A stretch of DNA of 64,000 nucleotides, taken from a virus. The position numbers were made by a program, and so were the translations under genes. Positions 7,800 to 16,499 of the stretch are shown here, piece after piece. How positions within the stretch are numbered: the stretch's first letter is position 1; every line of letters starts with the position of its first letter. A model generated the notes under the pieces. That model was not told where the DNA came from. It saw nothing but the letters and a program-made list of their open reading frames with translations, and made no database searches. The stretch lies in the IMG/VR virus record IMGVR_UViG_3300030430_004661, positions 1 through 64,000 of that record. One strand, written 5' to 3'.

Positions 7800-9149
7800 A
7801 TGCATTGTAAAATAAATAACAAGTCAAATTACAATATAAAAGAGTTTGAACCTCTAGTACAAGATATGTACAAGTTTGGTGATAAAAGGTTTGGTTTTAA
7901 AAAACCACCAGTAATCAATTTTGTCTCTGACACAAACAATCATCATTTGCTTGGTAAAACAGGCCAATATGATCCTAGCACTATGGAGATAACAATCTTC
8001 ACAGACAACAGGCATCCAAAAGATATGATGAGATCGATTGCACATGAACTTATCCACCATGTGCAGAATTTGAACAATCAATTTGACATGCATACTCAAA
8101 CCTATGCTGGCTATGCACAAAAAGATCCTCATATGAGAAAAATGGAAGCTGATGCCTATTTAAGAGGAAACTTATTGTTTAGAGATTGGGAAGATGGATA
8201 CAAGTCTCGACACAAAGATATTTTTTACGAAAGGAGAATACACAAAATGTCTACAAAAAAATGGAAAAATAAAGAGCTTAACGGACTCTTGAATGAACGT
8301 TGGGGATTCTCCATGGATCTCGGAATGCTCAATGAGCAAAAGATGCCAATGAAAAAAGATACTGATGATGTCGATGAAGATGGTGACACAGATGAGATGG
8401 TTCCCGCCTTCCTAGACAAAGGTGATGTTAAAAAGCCAAAGAAATCTGGAAACCCACAGCCTCCACAACTTGCAAAAGCACAAGGTAAAAAAGCAGATGA
8501 TAACGACGAAGAAGAAAGTGATAAAAAAGAAAACAACGACGATGAAACGTCAGACCTTGAAGCAGAAATCTTAGGTGTACTAGAAGCAGAAGGTGGAGCC
8601 GCTGGTATGGAAGCACTAGAGAAAGAACTCGATGCATCAAAAGATCAGATCCGTAGAGAAATCGAAAAATCAGACAAGATGGAAAAACACCGAGACGGGG
8701 ACATTATTGATATAACCGGTCTTGAGGATCACGATGATAAAGATGATGACGAAGAAGAAGAAAATGAAAACCTTTACGAAAGCTGGGGTTTCTCGATGAA
8801 CCTTAATAAATTGAACGAGTCAAAAGATCTTGAAGAAATGCGTATTGTAGCCACTGGCGAAGATAAAGGTGCTGGTATGAAAATGAGTGACATGAAACCC
8901 ATGGGAACCATGGATATGGCTGCTCAACAGCACCCTGACAACTTGATGGCTCTTTTGCAAGACGTTGTTGGCTCTCAAGCACCACAGATTGATATTGAAG
9001 AGTTGGCTGCAAAGATTCGTGCTGCAATGGGAATGGAACAACCCTCAGCCGATATGCCTCCTGCTGAAATGCCACCCATGATGGAAAAGAAAATCAGAAA
9101 AGCAGCAAAAGAAGCCTTGCGTCGTATGGCAGCACAAAAGAGAAAGTAA
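7800..9149 (+). CDS. HExxH zincin-like metallopeptidase domain plus acidic modular C-terminus
   Basis: SIAHELIHHVQ...MEADAY; C-terminal half has a duplicated WGFSM-x-L-xx-LNE motif and an EGGAAGM module. Confidence 0.75.
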   Translation: MHCKINNKSNYNIKEFEPLVQDMYKFGDKRFGFKKPPVINFVSDTNNHHLLGKTGQYDPSTMEITIFTDNRHPKDMMRSIAHELIHHVQNLNNQFDMHTQTYAGYAQKDPHMRKMEADAYLRGNLLFRDWEDGYKSRHKDIFYERRIHKMSTKKWKNKELNGLLNERWGFSMDLGMLNEQKMPMKKDTDDVDEDGDTDEMVPAFLDKGDVKKPKKSGNPQPPQLAKAQGKKADDNDEEESDKKENNDDETSDLEAEILGVLEAEGGAAGMEALEKELDASKDQIRREIEKSDKMEKHRDGDIIDITGLEDHDDKDDDEEEENENLYESWGFSMNLNKLNESKDLEEMRIVATGEDKGAGMKMSDMKPMGTMDMAAQQHPDNLMALLQDVVGSQAPQIDIEELAAKIRAAMGMEQPSADMPPAEMPPMMEKKIRKAAKEALRRMAAQKRK

Positions 9150-9150
9150 T

Positions 9151-10038
9151 ATGAAAAAGAAAGTAACTATAACCTCACTAGAAGAATTAATGGAATTATC
9201 TGGTATGTCTGCTGGGGGGGCCGGAATAGAAGGAGCACCTGCTAAAAAAGAAACGACTCAAACCGAGGCGTTACTGAGATCTCATATAAGAAACAAAATC
9301 AAACAATTTAAAAAACAAGAGTATTTGAAAGAGAAACAACTTCGAGCACTGATAAGAAAGTATCTTAAAGAAGCAAAAGAAGTAGCCAATCCTCACCCCA
9401 ACACGGGGATCAACAAGTTACGTGATGCTTTTAGAAAAGCAAAACCAACAATCAAATCTCAGTTTCAGCAGTTGACTACTTCAGAAGATCAACGAACTTC
9501 ATTTGTATCTCACTTGTTAGCTGCTTTTGTTCGCTTGTTTGATCAACTGGATGCTATGAATGCTTCAGGAGCAACACCTGAAGAAGCAGCAGATGCTGCC
9601 GATCAAGACGCAGCAGACTTAGCCGCTGGAGGTGACTTAGCAGCACCAGATGCTGGCGCAGCAGAAGATATTGAAGATGAAGTAAAAGATCTTCTCGAAC
9701 AGGTTGGTATCGATATTGTAACAGACGAAGAAGAAGCTGCTAAACCAAAAAGTCAAGTTGAAAAAGATGTGGCTAAAAAACAAGACCAAGATGCTGAGCG
9801 CGAAGAGTTTGCCGCTGGATTAGAAGGTGAAACCACCGGTAGAAATCAGGCATTTGACGCGTTCAGATTGACACAATCATATTTTTCTGATGCTTACTTA
9901 GATCTTGCAGATCCAACAGATAAGCAAATGTTTAAAGACTGGTGTTTATACAACATGGATCTTTTGCTAAAATCATTTGAAGAAGAAATTAAGCCTGATT
10001 TAGAAAAGCCTGAGATTGATTCTCCTGAAGGTGCCTAA
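9151..10038 (+). CDS. hypothetical protein (putative head/scaffold-associated)
   Basis: EALLRSHIRNKIK and EKQLRALIRKYLKE amphipathic helices; acidic Ala-rich linker. Confidence 0.65.
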   Translation: MKKKVTITSLEELMELSGMSAGGAGIEGAPAKKETTQTEALLRSHIRNKIKQFKKQEYLKEKQLRALIRKYLKEAKEVANPHPNTGINKLRDAFRKAKPTIKSQFQQLTTSEDQRTSFVSHLLAAFVRLFDQLDAMNASGATPEEAADAADQDAADLAAGGDLAAPDAGAAEDIEDEVKDLLEQVGIDIVTDEEEAAKPKSQVEKDVAKKQDQDAEREEFAAGLEGETTGRNQAFDAFRLTQSYFSDAYLDLADPTDKQMFKDWCLYNMDLLLKSFEEEIKPDLEKPEIDSPEGA

Positions 10039-10391
10039 TGTGGCAAAAGAAAAATCAAGAGTATAAGGGAAAGTCTTATCACTATTCTTTTATTAATAAA
10101 CTTAAGAAACGTAAAAGAATTACTAGTGAGTTTGAAGTTATACTTTCTACACTTACGCTTGAAGAAATAATTGCGATGAAATTGGAGCTATCCTCCAGAT
10201 ATATAAACAATAGGCTTTATAACTTTCCCATCTGGTCATCTCTAAATAATATTATCAAAGAAGCAGTGTTAAAGTACGCCCTTTCAGCATGTAGGTCATA
10301 CTCGGACTCTGCTTCTTTTTTAGGTATAAATCAAAGAGAATTTAAAAATTTAATAAAAAAATATAATTTAGAGCTTGACAAAGAAGAATAA
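10038..10391 (+). CDS. Fis-type helix-turn-helix protein
   Basis: C-terminal AVLKYALSACRSYSDSASFLGINQREFKNLIKKY matches the Fis/HTH_8 pattern. Confidence 0.55.
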   Translation: MWQKKNQEYKGKSYHYSFINKLKKRKRITSEFEVILSTLTLEEIIAMKLELSSRYINNRLYNFPIWSSLNNIIKEAVLKYALSACRSYSDSASFLGINQREFKNLIKKYNLELDKEE

Positions 10392-10403
10392 TAATGTTAT
10401 AAT
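10374..10403 (+). promoter_or_regulatory. sigma70-type early promoter
   Basis: TTGACA (10375-10380), 17 nt, TATAAT (10398-10403), TG extension. Confidence 0.9.
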
Positions 10404-10424
10404 ATTTTATACAATGGAGGAATT

Positions 10425-10694
10425 ATGTTAGATGAACAAATAGATAGGATTATTGCTAAATTTAAAGGTAAAGGTGGAGACGATGAAGCCGAGTGCATAC
10501 TAATTGACAACAATGCCGACAGAAAAGAAGGCTACGTCTCAGTGTGGGGCTGCAACCACAATATAGCAAAAATAGCAAATAGATGTAGAAAAGATATCAT
10601 AAGAATTGATGAAAATTGTGATGGAGTATCTCTTTATATTAAGAGGAAAGCATTTCGAGGTGTTGTATATGCTTTTCGCAATACAAAGGACTAA
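10425..10694 (+). CDS. hypothetical protein
   Basis: SD GGAGG; directly downstream of the sigma70 promoter. Confidence 0.7.
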   Translation: MLDEQIDRIIAKFKGKGGDDEAECILIDNNADRKEGYVSVWGCNHNIAKIANRCRKDIIRIDENCDGVSLYIKRKAFRGVVYAFRNTKD

Positions 10695-10697
10695 AAA

Positions 10698-11108
10698 ATG
10701 AAAGATGACAACAAACCAGTATCGTCAGACGATATGATAATGAAGCTAGCAAGTATTATAAAAAACGGACTAGCATTTGATGAAAAAATCACAGACCAAC
10801 AAAAAGACACTTACAGGGCTGATCTAGTTGCATTTATAGCAGAAACGCCTTATTATGCGGCTTTTTATGATCATGATACCATGACAATAATGGTTGAGAC
10901 TAGTTACTTTGATCCCCTCCTTTGTGTAGATATCACAAATGATGGGATCTATTTTCTTCCACTCACAGAAAAGGGATATTACAGAGCATTTATAAAAGTA
11001 GTAGAGTTTATCATGCTACAGAAAAAGAAATTTAATGACGTACAAGAAGAACAACAGCAGGAGAAAGAAGTTGAGCCCAAGCAGATCCCAAACTTCGACT
11101 TCTTATAG
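10698..11108 (+). CDS. hypothetical protein
   Basis: SD AAGGA; fills the operon gap. Confidence 0.7.
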   Translation: MKDDNKPVSSDDMIMKLASIIKNGLAFDEKITDQQKDTYRADLVAFIAETPYYAAFYDHDTMTIMVETSYFDPLLCVDITNDGIYFLPLTEKGYYRAFIKVVEFIMLQKKKFNDVQEEQQQEKEVEPKQIPNFDFL

Positions 11109-11115
11109 AAAAGCT

Positions 11116-11445
11116 ATGAAAGTATTTTACTTAAATCGCCTTGAAGATGAATCCGGTATATCAGGTACCGGTCGTGTAGCTCAGGGTTTTATATTTGACA
11201 ACGGCAAGGTTGCTCTGACATGGCTTTCAGAACACCCGTCAGTCACAATTTATGATAATATTGGTGAGGTTAGAGCAATCCACTCTCATGATGGTAAAAC
11301 CGAGATTGAAATGGTACCAGACTATAAGAGAGCATTTAACGAATTAAAATCGTTCATGGATAACTTTTCACTAAAAGAGGCTTTTTCTTCAAAAGTCCCA
11401 GTGGATTCACCAGCAGCAAAAATGTTAGACAACAAGGAGAACTAA
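11116..11445 (+). CDS. conserved-looking hypothetical phage protein
   Basis: FYLNRLEDESGISGTGRVAQG...HSHDGKT pattern. ATG at 11116 is preferred over the overlapping 11035 start. Confidence 0.7.
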   Translation: MKVFYLNRLEDESGISGTGRVAQGFIFDNGKVALTWLSEHPSVTIYDNIGEVRAIHSHDGKTEIEMVPDYKRAFNELKSFMDNFSLKEAFSSKVPVDSPAAKMLDNKEN

Positions 11446-11693
11446 TGGACAGCATATCAGACAACCTAATGGAGCTCTCAAAGCTTCTACAAGACAGTGA
11501 TCCAGAAACTCAAGTAATGTTTGCGCAAATATTTGAACTTTCTAGAAAAATGGCCGAAAAAGGAATAACGGTACAACACCTACAAATGTTAGTTATTGTC
11601 GGCCATCAAGTATCACAAAATCCTGAACTAAAGCAAATGTATCAATATCTTTTCAACATGACGAAATTTAATCCAAACGATACATTTCATTAA
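11445..11693 (+). CDS. hypothetical protein
   Basis: TAATG coupling; SD AAGGAG. Confidence 0.7.
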   Translation: MDSISDNLMELSKLLQDSDPETQVMFAQIFELSRKMAEKGITVQHLQMLVIVGHQVSQNPELKQMYQYLFNMTKFNPNDTFH

Positions 11694-11711
11694 CATATTA
11701 GGACTAATCTG

Positions 11712-11747
11712 CCTCGTTTCTCTATTTATAGTGAACGAGGTTTTTTT
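11712..11747 (+). terminator. intrinsic terminator-like hairpin with CTATTTATA in the loop and the next gene's SD in the 3' arm
   Basis: CCTCGTT (11712-11718) pairs with AACGAGG (11734-11740), followed by T7. Confidence 0.75.
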
Positions 11748-11750
11748 ATT

Positions 11751-14700
11751 ATGAATAGAAGATTGATCGGGGCTAGTGTATTGAAGCACCCCATTGTCAA
11801 GAGGCTGTTAGAGTCTCGCATGTTTACCACCAGCGAAGTTATAAGGATAGTTGCTGAAGAGCTTTCTGCCGAAGAGGTAAACGCTTTTTTAAATGCAGCA
11901 AAAGAAGATCCCAAAAAAGGTGCCACAAAAGCCTACAGAGATTTAGCAAAAAAATATCATCCTGATAGAAATAAAGACGACCCAGAAGCAGAGGTTGCAT
12001 TTAAACAAGCAACTAATTTGAACAACATTATTAGCGGTAAAGACCCTAGCATGCTAAAAGATGAATTGACTGTAAAAGCACTTAAAGCCGCTGGATACTC
12101 TGATCAACAAATCCAGTCTTTTCAAGGATCTCAAAAAATAGATTTACAAGCAGAGCCGGGTAAAGAAACAGAAGATAAGCCCGCAGCAGGACAAGAAGAC
12201 ATTGATGCAACAAAAGAAGAAGTCATATCTGCTAAAAAATTCCAAGAACAGTTAAAATCTGTCTACGATGCTTTCGAAGCAGTATTAAAAAAGTACGCCG
12301 ACAATGCTGAGGGACTTTATTCAATAGAGGCTGTTAAGGAGTTGGTTCCTGTTTTAAAAGAAAACATGTTGACCGAGCAAGATGAAGATATTGAAAAGCT
12401 CATCACGGATGACGCAACAGAATCTATCAAGAGAATAGCAAAAGCACTGAACGATCTGAAAGCAGAAATAAATAAAGAAGTCCAAGAGATCATGAAAGCC
12501 ACACAGGAAGAAACTGCTGTTGCCGTAACAGAAGAGAGAGGCTCTGGTGCTTTTTTGAAACCAAAAGAATTTAAAGATTGGTATAAGAAAAACATAAAAG
12601 ATAAGTTTCCCGGAGCCAACCTAGGTAAAATATTGCAAGTTCTTAAGAAAGAACTAGCAGATGTTGGAATAGGGTACGGAACACTTTTAAAAGAGTACTT
12701 AGATAAAAATGATTTAATGAAAGCATTAGTAGATGCTGGTGCTATACCTGATAACCAAATAGCGCCACAGTTGACTGGTCAAATTGTAATTTTCTTAAAA
12801 TCTATGGCTCAAAAACACAAATGGCCAGATCCTAAAAAACCAGAAGAAGCAACTCCTGAACCTGCCCCTCTAACCGTTCAACAAAAGTCTTTTCCACTTG
12901 CTGTCCTCATGAAAGGTGAGTTGACAACGCAAGAGCATGGGCAACTTGTTAAGGCCACAAAAATATACGGAGATCTATACAAAAGAATACAGCGTTGGGT
13001 TAAAATTTATGGTTTGCTTGCTAGGTTTATTAGTAGTAGTACAAAGAAATTAACAGGACAAGAAGATCCTCCACAGCAAAAATTAATCGCTCAGGTGCAA
13101 CAACTACAGTTGCCTAAATTACCAGACCCTCCACCTCCTGATCCCGATCCTGATCCAACTCCAGAGCCCGATCCTCAGCCCGAAGAAGACGAAGAAGAAG
13201 AGGAAGACGAAGGTATATTTATTCCTGTGCAAGAGTTCAATAAACTGTTTGATGCCTTGGAGCCAAACTATGAAATGTTTGAAAATAGATTTCTTAAGAC
13301 ACCATTCCTAGGAACAGCTGCAAAAATCTTTAACGGCCTGTATGACGGGCTAAAACAGTTTGACAATGCTGCTCAACAAGCAGGGCAAGCAAACCTAACG
13401 ACAGCAGATATTGCTGATGAACAATCACCAGCAACAGATAGACAACAAGCACCAGCAAAAAGAGATGACCTTTATGAACAAGACACTGGTCTTGGAGAAA
13501 ATATTAGACCGCAACTTATGGAAATATTAAAAGAGTTGAGGCCTCAAGTTAAAGAAGTTGTTGATCTAATCGATAGATATTTTGAAACTGTCAAATCACA
13601 ACCAACAGGTGAGGATGATGAAAGATCTACAACCATTGGTGGTGGGGTTATAGAAGAAAAAATAACCACAATAATGGATTCAATACAGAATAATTTAGGT
13701 GAACTTAACGAGCTTCTATCAAGACTCGGTGCTAAAAAAGGTGATTTCTATTCTTTGAAAGAACAAGAAGAGGAAGCAGGAGCACCAGATACACCAGAGT
13801 CATTTACCGATAAAGGCAAGGGTAAGAGAAAACGTAGAAACAAAGTTCCAAGGGCTGAGCGAATAAAAATGGTCAGAAATGTTTATAGGCAAGTTGTTTC
13901 TAACTTAGTTGAGTTTATCACCGCTGTTGAAGGTCTAAGAGGCGTAGACTCAGTGGACTACACAAAGCAAATGAGGCCTTTAATTGAGAACTCCCTAGAC
14001 GAACTTGATACCATAAGAAACTTTTTTCCGACAATGGCTCCTTTTGGCAAGGCTAAGAACGCCAAAGAAAAAAGAGAAGTAAGAAAACAAGCAAAAAATC
14101 TTGGTCGAAAACTTAATGATATCGTTGACCGTCTCAATAGAATGGTCAGACAGAAAGATCCTGATAGAAAAGAAAAACAACAGTCTCGCGGAGGAGTGCC
14201 CCAACAAGGCGATCAGACAGTTCCAGATCAAAAAGTTGACAATTTACAAGAGCAACAAAACTTTGATAAAAGCACCTTGAAAGAATTAATTGAGTTGACA
14301 TTAACATCTTCTAAGATGATTCAAGATGCATTCGGAGCAGACTCAAAGATAGGAAAGGTCGTCGCTCAAAAGAGAGAAATCAAAGATACAGATGCTGCCC
14401 CTACGGCTGCTGGTGAAAAGGCAATTAAAGCTGGAAAAGCCACAACACCAGAGGATCCTGTGGCCGGTGAAGAAGATGAATCCAAAGCAGCGTTCAACGA
14501 AGTTGATAGTCCTCAAGAGGCCTTAACAGCATACAGAGATTTAAAATCAGTTATAAAAACCAGAATGGGAATTATAAAAGATCTTGCTCCTAACAGCTCG
14601 TGGAAAAATGATCCAATGTATACATACATATTTTATGTTTTTCTCAAAAATGATTTTGAAAGTGTGGTCAAAGAACAGGATGAACCTAAGATAGGGTCAC

Positions 14701-15098
14701 CAACTGGGCCCGGACTTGATAAATTAGGCTTAACAGTTGACAAGGTTAAGTTTTTGAAAAACGTTGTGAAAGCAAGGGCACTAAAGAAAGACGATGATGG
14801 AAACCCAGATAATCCTGATCTATACTTTTTCTACACCGGAGTAGCAAAAATAATATCAGACCCCAAAAGAAGAAGAATATTCATGGAGAAAGTGATAGAA
14901 CCTTTAGACGATAGAACAAAGAAACAACAAAGAAAATTCAACCTCAATGCACAAGACTTGAGAACATTTATTGTGAAAGCGGTAGAGATGAGAGATGCTG
15001 CGGAAAGAGATCCAACTGCTGGAACTGCCAATGAAAACTTAGAAAGAAAAATTATTAACAAACTCAAACCAATTATTGAAAGGATGTTACATGGCTAA
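11751..15098 (+). CDS. 1115-aa protein with a J-domain near the N-terminus (putative internal head polyprotein)
   Basis: KAYRDLAKKYHPDRNKDDPEAEVAFKQA (HPD J-domain motif); Pro/acidic linker; repeated [LV]xE-Q motifs. Confidence 0.75.
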   Translation: MNRRLIGASVLKHPIVKRLLESRMFTTSEVIRIVAEELSAEEVNAFLNAAKEDPKKGATKAYRDLAKKYHPDRNKDDPEAEVAFKQATNLNNIISGKDPSMLKDELTVKALKAAGYSDQQIQSFQGSQKIDLQAEPGKETEDKPAAGQEDIDATKEEVISAKKFQEQLKSVYDAFEAVLKKYADNAEGLYSIEAVKELVPVLKENMLTEQDEDIEKLITDDATESIKRIAKALNDLKAEINKEVQEIMKATQEETAVAVTEERGSGAFLKPKEFKDWYKKNIKDKFPGANLGKILQVLKKELADVGIGYGTLLKEYLDKNDLMKALVDAGAIPDNQIAPQLTGQIVIFLKSMAQKHKWPDPKKPEEATPEPAPLTVQQKSFPLAVLMKGELTTQEHGQLVKATKIYGDLYKRIQRWVKIYGLLARFISSSTKKLTGQEDPPQQKLIAQVQQLQLPKLPDPPPPDPDPDPTPEPDPQPEEDEEEEEDEGIFIPVQEFNKLFDALEPNYEMFENRFLKTPFLGTAAKIFNGLYDGLKQFDNAAQQAGQANLTTADIADEQSPATDRQQAPAKRDDLYEQDTGLGENIRPQLMEILKELRPQVKEVVDLIDRYFETVKSQPTGEDDERSTTIGGGVIEEKITTIMDSIQNNLGELNELLSRLGAKKGDFYSLKEQEEEAGAPDTPESFTDKGKGKRKRRNKVPRAERIKMVRNVYRQVVSNLVEFITAVEGLRGVDSVDYTKQMRPLIENSLDELDTIRNFFPTMAPFGKAKNAKEKREVRKQAKNLGRKLNDIVDRLNRMVRQKDPDRKEKQQSRGGVPQQGDQTVPDQKVDNLQEQQNFDKSTLKELIELTLTSSKMIQDAFGADSKIGKVVAQKREIKDTDAAPTAAGEKAIKAGKATTPEDPVAGEEDESKAAFNEVDSPQEALTAYRDLKSVIKTRMGIIKDLAPNSSWKNDPMYTYIFYVFLKNDFESVVKEQDEPKIGSPTGPGLDKLGLTVDKVKFLKNVVKARALKKDDDGNPDNPDLYFFYTGVAKIISDPKRRRIFMEKVIEPLDDRTKKQQRKFNLNAQDLRTFIVKAVEMRDAAERDPTAGTANENLERKIINKLKPIIERMLHG

Positions 15099-16422
15099 AA
15101 AAAATTACGTGATCGATACGTCGGTCTTTTTATCTGATTCTCGTTGTATATACAAGTTCGGAAATGCAGACTTATTCATTGCCTATAAAGTTCTAGAAGA
15201 AATTGATAAACACAAGAAGCGACAGGACTCTGTTGGTTTTCATGCACGTCAAACAATCAAGATCTTAGATGAACTTCGTGCAAAAGGGTCTCTTGCAACT
15301 GGCGTAAGACTTGAAAAAGGTAAGGGAGTGTTCAAAGTTGAAGAAGGACAGATAACTCTACCAGACGGACTTTCTATGAAAGTACCAGATCATCAAATAT
15401 TGGCAACTGCTCTATACGTCAAAGAGTCCAATCCTAGACGAAAGACAATTGTTGTGTCGCGTGACATAAACATGAGAGTTATAGCTGATGCAATTGGCAT
15501 TGAAGCAGAGGAATACCAAACAGTCAAAGCAGTTGAAAGCACTGACAAGATCTATACAGGCTATCAAGAGATTGTTGTTGACGACGAACTGGTTGAACAA
15601 TTTTACAACGACGAAGAAATACGACTCGACGAAGAGTTGTTAAAAACACAAAAAGTCAAGCTCTATGCAAACCAGTTTGTTATGTTAATTTCTTCCTCTA
15701 ATCCGAAGAAAACTGCACTTGCAAGGTACATAGATATGGTACACCCCCTTGACAAGATTAGAGATCGAAAACATGAGACATCTTGGGGAATTTTACCAAG
15801 AAACAAGGAACAAACGTTTGCGTTTGATCTGTTGTTTGACGACACAATTCCATTTGTCTCTTTGATTGGTCGAGCAGGCTCTGGAAAAACTCTCATGGCA
15901 ATCGCTGCTGGGATGGAGCAAACACTAGGAATGCATGGTAATAAGTACAGAAAGCTCGTAGTGTCAAGACCCGTACAACCCATGGGAAAAGATATTGGCT
16001 TCTTACCCGGTGACCTAAAAGAAAAAATGATGCCATGGTTGGCACCGATCCAAGATAACCTTGAAATGATAATAGGACAGGATAAAGTCGTATTTAAGCA
16101 GTTTTTAGAACAAGGAAAGATCGAGATAGAGGCCCTTACCTATATTCGTGGTAGATCGATTAACAACGCCTTTATGATCATTGACGAGGCACAAAACCTC
16201 ACAGCACATGAAGTTAAAACAATCATCACTAGAGTTGGTGAAAACACAAAGGTTGTTCTAACCGGCGACATTGAACAGATAGACAATATCTATACAAATG
16301 AAACCTCAAACGGGCTCACTTATGCCGTTGAAAAGTTCAAAGAACACGACCTCGCCGGACATGTTACCTTTATGAAAGGTGAAAGGTCGCGAATCGCTAC
16401 CTTGGCATCAAAGATCCTCTAA
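15091..16422 (+). CDS. phoH: PIN-PhoH (PhoH2/YlaK-type) ATPase
   Basis: PIN YVIDTSVF...D; Walker A GRAGSGKT; GFLPG, YIRGRSI, IIDEAQN, TRVGE, GDIEQID motifs. Confidence 0.93.
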   Translation: MAKKNYVIDTSVFLSDSRCIYKFGNADLFIAYKVLEEIDKHKKRQDSVGFHARQTIKILDELRAKGSLATGVRLEKGKGVFKVEEGQITLPDGLSMKVPDHQILATALYVKESNPRRKTIVVSRDINMRVIADAIGIEAEEYQTVKAVESTDKIYTGYQEIVVDDELVEQFYNDEEIRLDEELLKTQKVKLYANQFVMLISSSNPKKTALARYIDMVHPLDKIRDRKHETSWGILPRNKEQTFAFDLLFDDTIPFVSLIGRAGSGKTLMAIAAGMEQTLGMHGNKYRKLVVSRPVQPMGKDIGFLPGDLKEKMMPWLAPIQDNLEMIIGQDKVVFKQFLEQGKIEIEALTYIRGRSINNAFMIIDEAQNLTAHEVKTIITRVGENTKVVLTGDIEQIDNIYTNETSNGLTYAVEKFKEHDLAGHVTFMKGERSRIATLASKIL

Positions 16423-16438
16423 ATGAAATTTTAGAATA

Positions 16439-16489
16439 TATTTATACTTGACAACCGATTGGTTGTGTGTTATATTACTAATATAACGC
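16439..16489 (+). promoter_or_regulatory. TATTTATA motif plus a sigma70 promoter overlapped by two palindromes
   Basis: TATTTATA 16439-16446; TTGACA 16448-16453, 17 nt, TATATT 16471-16476; ACAACC-GATT-GGTTGT 16451-16466; GTTATATT-ACT-AATATAAC 16469-16487. Confidence 0.75.
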
Positions 16490-16499
16490 TGGAGACATT

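Noticed and set aside
15091-16422. phoH as a novelty
   Set aside because: PhoH-family genes are widespread in large marine phages.
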